A stretch of 64,000 bases of DNA from Laetmonice hystrix (Eukaryota). The DNA lies in NCBI GenBank assembly GCA_965235115.1, contig OZ249440.1, forward strand, positions 35,156,001 through 35,220,000. Direction: 5' to 3'. Below, one piece after another: positions 24,399 through 36,378 of this stretch. Each line of letters starts with the position of its first letter. Positions within the stretch are counted from its first letter, which is position 1. The translations under genes were made by a program, and so were the position numbers. The notes under the pieces were generated by a model, which had not been told where the DNA came from, made no database searches, and saw nothing but the letters and a program-made list of their open reading frames with translations.

Positions 24399-27300
24399 GG
24401 GATAGCTGGAACAGTCAAAGATTGTAAACGTTTGAGGTCTGGCCAACTGTTGGTAGAGTGTGCCACGAAGGCCCAATCTGCGAACCTGCTGAGTGCCACA
24501 GTACTCGCAGGTTACAGTATTAAGGCCTCTCGTCACCGGACGCTCAACTCCAGCAAGGGTGTTATTAGAACCAACTCTCTTGACACGACAACTGAACAGG
24601 AGATCCTTGCTGGGTTGAGCTGGCAAGGTGTGTCGGAAGTCAGAAGATTGATAGTGAAACGAGATGGTAACACCATCAAGACACACACATATTTTCTGAC
24701 ATTCGACAGGCCCACTCTACCAGATGAACTCGAGATTGGCTTTCTAAAGGTAAAAGTTGATCCCTACATCCCAAATCCTCTGCGTTGCTTTAAGTGCCAG
24801 AGGTTTGGGCATGGGACCGACTCATGTAGAAATGAACAAAAATGTTCTCAGTGCGCTGAAACAGGACATGACCATACAGGCTGTCAAAAGCCTGCTAAAT
24901 GTGCCAACTGCGGGCAAGGTCATTCCACTGTTTCACGCGAATGCTCCGTGTGGAAAAAGGAAAAAGAAATCCTCAAGGTTAAAACAGAGAGAAAACTTAG
25001 TTTCCCTGAGGCACGCAAATTGGTGGAGCAATATTTGCTTCCACCAACAGTTAAAACCTATGCTGCCGCTGTTAAGCCTACCACACGGACTTTCGCTTGT
25101 CAAACGGAGATGGTGTGGGTCAAGGGGGATAAACCTGTGACCTACCCTGATCCCGCTGACAGCACAAATGAACCACCTAAGAAAGCCGTCTCGAGTCAGC
25201 CACCTAAAAAAGCCGCCTCAACACAAAGCCAGACAACCTCGGTTCCTCCTCCACAGGCCGGGCCGAGTACAAAAGAACCATCTCTGGAAAAAGATCAACC
25301 GAATACTAAAGAGCCATCTACAAAAAAAGATCGACCAAAGAAGAAAATAATCACAGATCGGCTGCCCAAGGCAGCCTCCAACAATAGTGCAATAGCACTT
25401 ACAAACAAATTTCAGCATCTTCAAGATGTTGAAATGGCTGATGCTACGACGGGTCGTAGTCGCAGCCTTTCCCTGTTAAACCACCTTGATGGCAGGCAAA
25501 TGCTTCCTTCAATGGAATTGTCGAGGTTTTAGAGCCAATTTTAATGAGCTCAGACTTTTAGCAGAAAACCTTGATCCTCTTGCCCTTTGTCTACAAGAAA
25601 CATTTCTTACTGCCCGAGACAAAGTCTCATTTAAGGGCTATCAGACTTTCCTTGGTTTTGCACCAGATGGTGACCGTGCTGCTGGCGGCACTGCCATTCT
25701 GGTCCGACAAGACCTCATCCATAGCCCAGTTACAATAGACACACCATTACAAGCAATAGCCATACGCCTAACTCTACATAAAGCCATCACTATCTGCTCC
25801 ATATACATTCCCCCAAACAGTAACTTGGCCCACCAGGATCTTAATGATTTAGTGGGTCAACTGCCAACTCCATATCTCCTTTTGGGAGATTTTAATGGCC
25901 ACAATCCCTTATGGGGTGGTACCACAACTGATGGCAAGGGCAAGAAGATTGAAGAGTTCATTGATAATCATGCTCTATGCATTTTTAATGATGGTTCAAA
26001 CACATACTTACATCCTGGTCATGGCACTTATACAGCCATTGACCTTGCAATAGCTGAACCAGATCTGCTGCTGGATTTCTCCTGGAGGGTCTGGGATGAC
26101 CTTTGCGGGAGTGACCACTTTCCCACCATCCTTTCATATGAAGGACCCAATATAGGGGAAAAGCAACAACGGTGGCAACTTAGGAAGGCCGACTGGCACT
26201 CCTTCCAGACCCTCTGTCGGGAGGAATTCACAGCAGACATCATTAACGATCCTGAAGCAATGGATGATTTTACCTCGCTTTTAATCTCCATTGCAGATAG
26301 GACAGTTCCTAAAACCTCGACAATTCCCAAACATGTCTCAAATCCATGGTTTAATGAAGACTGCAAGCAGGCAATTAAAGACCGAAAGAAAGCAGAACGC
26401 CTTTTCAACAGGCATCCAACTGCAGTGAACCTTACTAATTTTAAAATTATGAGAGCGAGGGCACGCCGTATCTGCAAAGAGAGTCGGAGGCAGAGCTGGA
26501 GAGACTACGTCTCCAGCCTGACCTCTCGTACTCCTATCAAAAAAGTCTGGAACATGATACGGAGACTTAAAGGCAAGGGAGGTGGTACTGGAGTTCAACA
26601 CTTAAAACACCAAGACACCCTACTAACCACCACAGATGAAATAGCAAATAAACTGGCCAAAACCTTTGAAACAAACTCCTCCTCCAGGAACTGCCTCCCT
26701 CAATTCCAAGCCATTCGTGCTCGAAAAGAGAAGCAAAAACTAAATTTCCACTCTAACAACACAGAAGAGTATAACCAACTCTTTTCCATTGAAGAACTAA
26801 GATGCTCTCTTAAAAAATCACACGACACTGCAGTTGGACCTGACAAAGTACATTACCAATTCTTAAAACATCTACCCGACACCACCCTCCTCATCCTTCT
26901 TCACATTTTCAACAATATCTGGATAACTGGTAATATACCCCTTTCCTGGCAAGAAGCAATAATCATCCCCATCCCAAAACCAGGAAAAGACCATAGTGAA
27001 GCTAACAATTACAGACCAATAGCCTTAACAAGTTGCCTGTGCAAAACCATGGAGAGAATGATTAATGATCGCCTCGTCTGGAAGCTGGAGTCTGAGCAGC
27101 TCATAACCGAGTTTCAGTGTGGCTTCCGGCGAGGGAGAAGTACTCTTGATCATCTAGTCAGACTCGAGACATACATCCGAGATGCTTTTATCAACCGTGA
27201 ACATGTTGTTGCCGTCTTTTTCGACCTTGAAAAGGCATACGACACAACATGGAAGTACGGCATTTTAAAGGATTTACATGATATGGGTTTTAGGGGGCGT

Positions 27301-29358
27301 TTGCCCCTTTTCATATCTCAGTTTTTATCCAACAGACATTTTCAAGTCAGAGTAGGCACGACCCTGTCTGACTTGCACGACCAAGAATTAGGTGTGCCTC
27401 AGGGAAGCATTTTGTCCGTTACCCTTTTTAGTATTAAGATCAACAGCATTGTTAACTCGGTTAAAACTGGCATGCCCTGCAGCCTGTTCGTCGATGACTT
27501 TGACGTCTGCTGCAGAGGCAAAAACATGAATGCCATTGAGAGGCAGCTCCAACTCTGTCTCAACAGAATCCATACTTGGTCGGTGGAAAATGGTTTTAAA
27601 TTTTCAAAATCTAAAACGGTCTGCATGCATTTCTGCAAACTGCGTGCTTTCCACCTTGACCCTGAGTTGACAATGGATGGAGATCCTATCAAGGTCGTTA
27701 AGGAGACAAAGTTTCTGGGACTCACTTTTGACAGCAAGCTGTCTTTTGTCCCTCACATTAAATCACTGAAATCCAGATGCCTTAAGGCTCTGGATGTTCT
27801 CAAGGTTTTATCTGGCACAAACTGGGGGGCAGACAGTACAGTCCTTTTACAACTGTACAGAGCTTTAATCCGGTTAATCCGAAGCTCGATTACGGTAGCA
27901 TAGTTTATGGTTCTGCTTGTAAGTCTTACATTCGGCTTTTGGACACGGTTCACCACCAGGGTTTGCGGCTTTCACTTGGGGCTTTTAGAACGTCTCCTGT
28001 TCAGAGCCTCTATGTGGAGGCCCGAGAGCCATCGCTTGACAACAGGCGTCTGAAGCTGGCTCTGCAGTATGCAGTCAAGCTCGGGACAAACAGTTCAAAT
28101 CCAGCTTACAATTGCGTTTTTCACCCTCAGTTCCAACATTTATATGAAAGAAAGGAAACGTACATACGTCCTTTTGGACTGAGGGTGAAACCTCATCTAG
28201 AGGAACTGGATATTGATCTGCACGTCCTGGGGCAGACACATTTTTGCAACATTCCTCCTTGGGACCTGGAAAAGCCTGACGTCATTCTTCAGTTGGCTCA
28301 ACTGAAGAAGTCAGAGACTCATCCCCTGATATATTTTGAACATTTTCTTGACGTCCAGGCAAGGTATCCCTCACATTATGCCTTCTATACAGATGGCTCA
28401 AAGGATGGCAGTGATGTGTCTGCGGCTGCAGTTCATGGCAAGCACAACTTCGGCACCCGCATCTCGGGGCAAAGTTCCATCTTCTCAGCAGAGGCCCGGG
28501 CCCTGCTTCTTGCCCTTGAAAATATTGAAGTTTCTAGTGAAAAGGGTTTTCTCATTTTCTCGGATTCCTTATCCTGTCTGCAAGCACTTGCTAACTTGAA
28601 CACAGATCACCCGGTGATCGTTCGAATCTTGTCCAAGTTGGCAGTGCTTGCCAATGCAAACTTTGATATTCACTTTTGCTGGGTGCCTGGTCATGTTGGC
28701 ATCCCGGGCAATGAGCAAGCTGACAGAACTGCCAAGAGGGCTCTTGAAACAGACGTCGAACTGTGTCCAATCCCAGCCTCTGACCTCAGACCTACCATCT
28801 GGGCATACATTAAGAACAAATGGCAGGTCGAATGGGATGAACAACCAAACAATAAATTGTATCAGATCAGTCCTGTCGTGAACCAAAGGTGTCTTCACGG
28901 CCTAACCCAACGTAGGCATGACATTGTTTATACTCGATGCAGGATTGGTCATTCTAGATTAACCCACGTGTTTTTATTGAAGGGGGAGCCACCTCCAGAG
29001 TGTCATGGCTGTCAGTGTCCTTTGACACTGAAGCATGTTTTACTTGAGTGTGGTGATTTTACTCTGATCAGACAACGGTTTTATAGTGAGACAAGTCTTA
29101 AGGATCTTTTTATCAATGTCAGACCAGGAGTGATTTTAGAGTTTTTGTCAGAAGCTGGACTTTTGACTCTTTTATAGTTCAGGCTCGTCGATAGCCCGAT
29201 TGGGCTGACAGGATAGAGTGTGTTTTAATGATATTCCCGTTGGGGCCCGGGATAAAATAGGTTCCTTTCATTTCATGGTCTTTTAACCCTGTTTTCGCCG
29301 TGAAGATGGCCCCGGATGCCGGCACGGCGGAAAACCACCACTACTCACTCACTCACTC
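24399..29358 (+). mobile_element. 5'-truncated LINE copy with type-B 3' UTR; frameshifted
   Basis: Starts inside ORF1 (GIAGTVKDC); deletion near 25472 shifts ORF1 end; small duplication TTAATCCG near 27865-27880 splits ORF2 into 25489-27903 and 27939-29177. Confidence 0.95.
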
Positions 29359-29683
29359 AGAAATAGTTGCGATAGATGTTGCCTATTGTTTTAGAGAATT
29401 AAATCCACTGTAAAGGGTACTCAATACAAAAAACCTAGGGCAAGGCGTGACAAGCCGATTGATTGGAGCGGGCCTCTCCAACCTCCCGTCTAGGTGAAGT
29501 AGGAGCCAAAGCACCGTGTTGGACCTGTGAAAAGCCGCAGCAATTCACCGTCCTCAGGTACCAGGACCTCTTCCTCCACCGACACGGGTCGCGACTCACG
29601 GCAAACAAGTCGCCCCATTTATTCGCCTCTTACGAACAGCCAGGGGGGGCTGGGGAACATTCTTACCCCGGTCCCCACGGGGG
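29359..29683 (-). mobile_element. LINE 5' end / 5' UTR fragment (antisense)
   Basis: Matches 58287-58615, which runs directly into ORF1; begins CCCCCGTGGGGACCGGGG on minus strand. Confidence 0.9.
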
Positions 29684-30558
29684 ACCTACTGACTTCTGAC
29701 TAGCGGTAAGTGCCTTGGCGTAACATTTCTACATATATATATATTTGTTTGCATAAACTATAAGAGAATGGAATAGGATAGGATATGTCCCTTTTGTTTC
29801 AAACATGGACTATCAGATAAAATGAAAAAGTAATGCAGATAAGGTAGCCAAAATAAGGTTATGGCCAAGATTATGAAGGACACATAGTGAAAATGATAAT
29901 GCTGAAGAATAGGTGAGAGTGTTAACAAACGCGGCCCTGGCCAGACCCCCGGCATGGAGGTGTTGGGGGTGTGGTGGGGGGGGAGGGCTAGCGGGGGTGG
30001 AGGCGCCGTGCGCCGGCCGGCTTGGTGTTCTATCAATCGGAAAGAAAACCCGCGTTGCCCAAGTGGTATTTAGATATGTGTCGACTGACTTGTATGAGGG
30101 TTTATATCGTGTTTATATGCCCGTCTGTGTGCATCGTCTATGAAGATCACTGTAAGTGAACGGCAGTCACAACGGTTGCGGATTGTATGGCTTGGCGTGA
30201 AAATAAAGGGACAGGCTATGTAGCATACCTGATGTCTGTCCCCATGTGCGCATAAGATATTGTATTTCAATAATTATTTCCTGGGGAATTAGCTGTGCGG
30301 GCTGCGAGGGGATGTATACCGGCCGTTTTGCCTACGCTAGCTTCGACTGCACTGTACCTGGTGCTCCGCGGTGTAGCGGCCTTGGAGCCCTCACTTACCG
30401 GGACTCGAACCGAGCAACCGAGCATACACAGTTCCCCCGTGGGTATTGTGGCGGAATAACCGCGCTGAGAAAAACCCGTCTTTAACAGTCTAATTGCAGC
30501 TATAGTTTCACCGAGGTGTCCGTTATGAATACGAAAAACCTGGCGGAGATATTAGTTA

Positions 30559-30689
30559 GGGAATAACCCATGATGTTTCGCGCCCTCGGTGCCGTTATCG
30601 CTGTCTAACCTAGCGCGAGGGCTGAGCCCGAGCGCTAGGTTAGACAGCGATAACGGCACCGAGGGCGCGAAACATCATGGGTTATTCCC
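30559..30689. repeat. Perfect 58-bp inverted repeat with 15-nt centre
   Basis: Arms 30559-30616 and 30632-30689; centre GAGGGCTGAGCCCGA. Confidence 0.95.
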
Positions 30690-32441
30690 GTTATACCACG
30701 TTTTTCCAGCAGTTTTTTTAAGTAACCAGAAGAATCCATAGTGATGGTCATGTTTGAGATCTAAACATAATTTCCTACCTCAAGCTACCTACGCTGGCGG
30801 CCATTCCCAATCCTTGTCACCGTAATATAAAACAAGAGTTCTAAATGGTCAGATTTGATGGCTGTTCTAAGAAAACTCCGCACCCCTCCCATACTATCAT
30901 TTGACCTTCCCTCTGGAATCACTGCTTATGGGGTGGATGAACTTTACCTGGAACAGCCTCACGCTCTTTTCTAATGTAACGGCTACTCTGATTGGTCCGA
31001 CAGATAATAACAAACACATTTCGTCATTACGCTTCGCCAGTGATGATCGACTGTAAATATGACAATCGGCGTATTATCTGCACGTTTCTAGCACAGTTAG
31101 GTGATATAGTAAATAGTTTTAGTGGATTTCTTTTATATTATACAGACTGCATGAGGATATGTCTTTGCTTACGTCGAGTAATCGGTGAAAGAAAAGTTGA
31201 GTCGAAGCCTCGCTTCCAACAGCTCTAGCAGTGCGGTTATCCACTAAGGTAACGCTAATCGAGGTGATAACTCACGCTAACGACGCCCAGCGTGGTATAA
31301 ACGAGTCTATAGCACTAATAAAGAAATGCAAACTGTATGTTTGGCTTATGTGCAGGCGCAACTGTAGAAGCACTATCAGTAAGCGGGATTTCTAGACGCA
31401 TACAGCCGCGACAAGTCAGTCGGCTAGCCGATCTCACTGCCCATTCACTTGCGAAGGGCTGAGCCGTGCTGTAACGTAAACGGATATGTAGCTAATGGGA
31501 ATGTAATATATGAAAACAGATCGAAATATAACACGGCATCTATCATGACATCTATACATCATCTTTATGCGGAAAAAGACAGTGCTGGCAGAGCGGCATT
31601 ATGTACATCATACTGGACTGTCAACTTTGCCAGCTCATGTTTTCATTGCGTGTACAACGCTACCGGTCCGGGTGGGGGAAGGTGTGGGATGGGGGAGCCG
31701 GGGCCGGCGGCCGGTGCGTGTAAGCCACGACTCCGGTTGGTGGTGGGCAGGCGGCCGCCGCCATGTGCCTCGGACGGGTCGGGAGGGGAGGGTGCAGCCG
31801 GGGCCGGGGGCTCACTGTCCGCCGGCAAGAGAAGGGTCAGGGCAGAGGGCGGGGTGGGCCGGTTCGAGTGGACGGGAGATACTGACCAAAGTATACAGAA
31901 CTTGTGAACCTATATGTGAATGTATGTGCAGGTCCCGGGTAATGAAGACGTTTCGTCAAAAGCAAGACACAGACGCAGAAGACTGAGCATGCCTACGATA
32001 GGCTGTTCATGTTAAGGTAAGCTTCCAATTAAAATAATCTTAGAAAGGTACAGTGACGCTATGCCATATTGAAAAGCAGCGTGGACATACGGCCTATCTA
32101 TATGTATTATATACGGTGGTAGAACATCAGGACAAGGAGGCAGACATAACGCATATCCATATGGGTATTTTAATTGCGACTTCAGAAGGGCGTATATGTA
32201 CGTTATGATATGAACTTTTTAGAAAGCGCTTCTAAGGAAGGCCAAATATTGCTCTTTCGGTCCTGGCGGGCGGGGGTGGAGGGTTGTTTGGGGGGGGGGG
32301 GGCTTAAAGACGGGACTACATGCATATATTGTAACTTTCATAACAGTATGAACGGTTATTACAATGGAGCTCCATGTTAGGAGTGGCATATATTGGGACA
32401 TTGGCAAAGGTAGCGACATGGGATATTAATTATTGTTTCAG

Positions 32442-34258
32442 AGAGCTTTTGCAGGGAAGCCTCTTTCATATGAAGACCAAGACCTCCGAGGAATCGACCC
32501 ACTTAATGATGGCAGACAACGTACAGTGGTTGGGCGCCACTGTTCTCCTTTACGAGCCCATGTTCGAGGGGGAAGAAATGTTCAACCTTCCCGTCTTTAC
32601 CACAAGAAAGCCTCTGATACCAATACACAGTGACATCCTGTCACCAGGAACGGGCTACGCGCCCGAAGATGCAAAGACGGAAGGATTCTACCCACTGTAC
32701 GGAGCAGTGGAGGACCTCAAAGTCGAAAACGTGGAAATCGTGCAGACCTGTGGCGCCATCTGCTGCGATGGGAGTCGCGGAGCGGACAGGCACTGCTTCG
32801 GGACGGGCGGCAGTGAAAGAGCGAAAGGGGCCTTGTACTGCAGGGTCATATCGAAGAGGATGGACATCAAGAATGTTGAATTTACTTCAAGGAGCTTCGG
32901 CCAGATCTTCCTCCACGAAGGATATCTGAAAGTAAGTTCAGGAATCTAAGTTGCAAGTGTGCTAACTTGTTCATTGTCACTGTACCCTGGACATTCCACA
33001 TCGGTATACGCCACTCATTACTTTTTAAGAAGAGGTAAATCCGTGGGAGGGTTAATGTTATGTAACGTTGTCATTGAAACGTGTAGAGCCGACCCCGATA
33101 TTGGTAGTGAAAAGAAATGGTAGGACAAAGTAAAGATTTGCTACTATTACAAATACAATGACATGGGAGGGCATAGATACCAGAAGGGACCACGAGTCGA
33201 CATTGCCATAAATCATTGTGTACATAACAAATGTCTGTTACAGGAAAGCATGGACACTGAAGAAGAAATGGAAACGATGAGGAAGCACATCAATGATGGC
33301 CTCGACGCATACAAGAAAGCGGGCGTGAAATGGATTGTAAGCGGATGGTACAAGTCTGCCGTCCGCGCTGGAAGTGAAGTAGGAAAAGGGACCAAGTTCC
33401 ATATCACTTCCATCCAGCCGGAGAGGTCACTGGACCTGGAACTGCTGGGAACGGCCGTCCGGGTGCCAAACATTCCCCGTACCTTGTCAGTGCTGAGGGA
33501 TAGGGCATTGCCCCCCGCCCGTATGGAGCTGCCTCGCCAGGCCCGGCCAGCAGTTGCCGCTGCACCTGACCTCACTACAGACCCCCTAGAGTTGCCTCGC
33601 CAGGCCCGGCCAGCAGTTGCCGCTTCACCTGACCTCACTACAGACCCCCTAGAGTTGCCTCGCCAGGCCCGGCCAGCAGTTGCCGCTTCACCTGACCTCA
33701 CTACAGACCCGCTAGATTTGCCTGACGAGGCCCGGCCAGCAGTTGCCGCTTCACCTGACCTCACTACAGACCCCCTAGAGTTGCCTCGCCAGGCCCGGCC
33801 AGCAGTTGCCGCTTCACCTGACCTCACTACAGACCCCCTAGAGTTGCCTCGCCAGGCCCGGCCAGTAGCCGCAGCAAGTGACCTCATAACAGACCCCGCA
33901 GGACAGTATGGTCGCGCCCCAGCTAACAGAGGAAAGAAACGTGCTAGGCCGTCATCTGCCGAACCATCCACATCGGATGGTCGCAGGGCGCGACCACAGG
34001 AGGCACCGACCCCCTTCAAAATTGCGCGACTGCAGGTAAGAAAGCATTAACATAAAAAAAAACAGCACCTACATACATGGTGACCTGCATGAAAGGGGCA
34101 CTGCCAGTACAGGCAGCACCGCCACTTTAGATATGTCATAATGCTCCGCTGTCAACAGAACGTGTAAGGGATATATCTATACTGTGATATGCATGGCTAA
34201 GAAGTATTTCAAATTGTTGTTCTGACAGACTGCAGAAGAGGAATCAGACAGAGAGTAA
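32442..34258 (+). CDS. Spliced uncharacterised protein (exons 32442-32931, 33244-34035, 34229-34258; 5' exon uncertain, possibly ending 32016)
   Basis: Canonical TTTCAG|, |GTAAGT, TTACAG|, |GTAAGA, TGACAG| sites join in frame with no stops; Cys cluster CGAICCDG..HC; C-terminal 21-aa repeats and basic GKKRAR motif. Confidence 0.7.
33526..33897 (+). repeat. 63-bp coding tandem repeat, ~6 copies (ELPRQARPAVAASPDLTTDPL)
   Basis: Direct inspection; units nearly identical and in frame. Confidence 0.95.
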
Positions 34259-34699
34259 TGGGCCGCTTTCAACGTTGCTGCGTATCCGCAAACCTGTATT
34301 TCACCACCTATCCTTCCTCCTCAATAACTGTCACTGTCAACAAGGACGTGTACCCGTTGACATGCTGACTCCCATCTGTCTATCTGGTATGAAGTCTCCA
34401 GTGCTGCGTGGCCAGGGACCAGATTACCTCTCACTTTCCATATCCTACTCACTGTCACTGTCAACAAGGGCGTGTACCCGTTGACATGCTGACGTCCACC
34501 TCCCCTTTTGCTGTTGCCACTGGTATAATGGCATTGTAAGTTAGTATTTGAGGGTACCCAGCAACGTCATTTGGCCTGGAGAATGGTAATCACGGCGGAA
34601 AAAGATAAGTACCAGAAATATTTCCTTTTTCAACAAGGATAGAATGCTACTTCAGATATGCAGGTGGGATTGGACATTCAGATAATTTACTGAGGCTTT

Positions 34700-34902
34700 G
34701 CCTCACCTACCTGTCTCATATAGTTACAGCCTCACCTACCTGTCTCATATAGTTACAGGTTCACCTACCTGTCTCATATAGTTACAGCCTCACCTACCTG
34801 TCTCACATAGTTACAGCCTCACCTACCTCTCTCACATAGTTACAGCCTCACCTACCTCTCTCACATAGTTACAGGCTCACCTACCTCTCTCATATAGTTC
34901 CA
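34700..34902. repeat. 29-bp minisatellite, 7 copies
   Basis: GCCTCACCTACCTGTCTCATATAGTTACA units. Confidence 0.95.
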
Positions 34903-35594
34903 GTAAATGCCGGAAAGGGGAGGCTTCGCCTCCACCACAGCATTGCCGGTCTCTTCATATAGGCCCCTATCAAGGCAAGTGGTGATGTTATACAGCACCA
35001 CATAAATTAAGAACCCCTCAACTTAAGGAAATGCACATGAGTTTTAGTGACAGATAAATCATTGACAGGAAGTAATACTATAATATGTCCTTTCCAGAGA
35101 AGACCACGCAATCATGAAGAGAATGACATGCTGGAAGAAACCACTGCAAGGAATAACGAGACAGATAAGTATTACAATACAGTCAATGTTAGGCTACCAA
35201 TGAGCCACCCACCTTTCGGATATAATGGAACGGCGGTAAGGGGAGGCTTCGCCTCCACCAGTACAGGCTGCCGGATATAGGCCCCTAGGAAGGCAAGGGG
35301 TGATGTTATACAGGACGGCATGAAATAAAAACCCGTAAAGTTAACGATTTCCACGAGAGTGAAACTGGCAGAGAAATGTCACCCTGATCTCGCATGGATG
35401 TGCTTTATGAGATGTGGAGAATTTGTTCCGTCAAGTCTACAGTAACTAATACTATGAAATGCCATTTTTAGAGCAGAACCAGATATTCACATGGGCTAAC
35501 CAAGCACTGCGACAAAGGACGGAAAAAGATAAGTATTATTAAACCGGAACAGTTCAAAATGTTATGGTATGATGACATGAAGACATATATTTAA

Positions 35595-36378
35595 AGGGGT
35601 AACTTTTCTTAGGACCCTAACAACTGGAGCCCTGATGGGTCTCCCATTAGACCTATTAGATAACCATCAAGTGTGCGGTAGTCACTGGCAGGAGCCCGCC
35701 CGCACGGTCTAGCATAAGGGGGGCCCTGTGTGGGGACAAGACTGTATGTTGTGGTAGCCCTGCCTACACATACACAAATGCGTCTGTATGTTTCGGGTTG
35801 GGAGAAAACACATTTGTCACAACTGAAGTACAATACGCATTTGCCCTAGGCCCTGAGTATTCTCAGAAAAAGTTTTAAAAATCAACTTAGATCCTATGCT
35901 TCCTAGAAGACATACATCACTTCCCAATGGCACTCCTTGGTTGTGTAAATCCTTTATGTGATGCATACTCAGTGACTGTGCCCGAGTTCCCCAAGTAACC
36001 TGGGTGGTAATCTCCCATCAGGGCCTCCTTGCAGCAAGTCCAGCGGTCACCGGGTGGAGGGTGGGCCGTAATGGCTACATAACCAGGGGGTGTAAAGCCG
36101 CAGGGGGAACAGCGACAACATTTGAATCTAACTGACGAAAGCGATGGAAAAATCTCTGGTAGTACCTTTTTTAGCTGGCCATTTTTTTTCATATTAATAC
36201 AGACGTTTCTTAAGATGTTCATGAACAAATGTGACATAAAATTTTCGAAAGAAACTTCTTTGTTCCACTTATATCTGCGATATTTCAGTAAATTCAGTCG
36301 GAGCTCTTTCCTGGTTGACATCATTAGCACCCTACTGGTTCAAAGGCTGTTCCGCCCTATTTATACTCCAGCTCCCCC
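35595..36378. mobile_element. Possible TTAA-flanked AG...CT (Kolobok-like) insertion
   Basis: TTAA-AGGGGTAAC ... GCTCCCCCT-TTAA; imperfect short TIR; contains unassigned minus ORF 35917-36330; no empty site available to confirm. Confidence 0.4.

Noticed and set aside
24248..24420. Twin-priming 5' inversion of a single LINE
   Set aside because: Both arms contain the same ORF1 end and ORF2, so they are two separate copies
14688..28898. Many recurrent antisense and alternate-frame ORFs inside LINE copies
   Set aside because: They recur only because the copies are near-identical; no motifs; shadows of ORF1/ORF2
33213..34019. 268-aa minus-strand ORF
   Set aside because: Antisense shadow of the 63-bp coding repeat; splice signals support the plus strand
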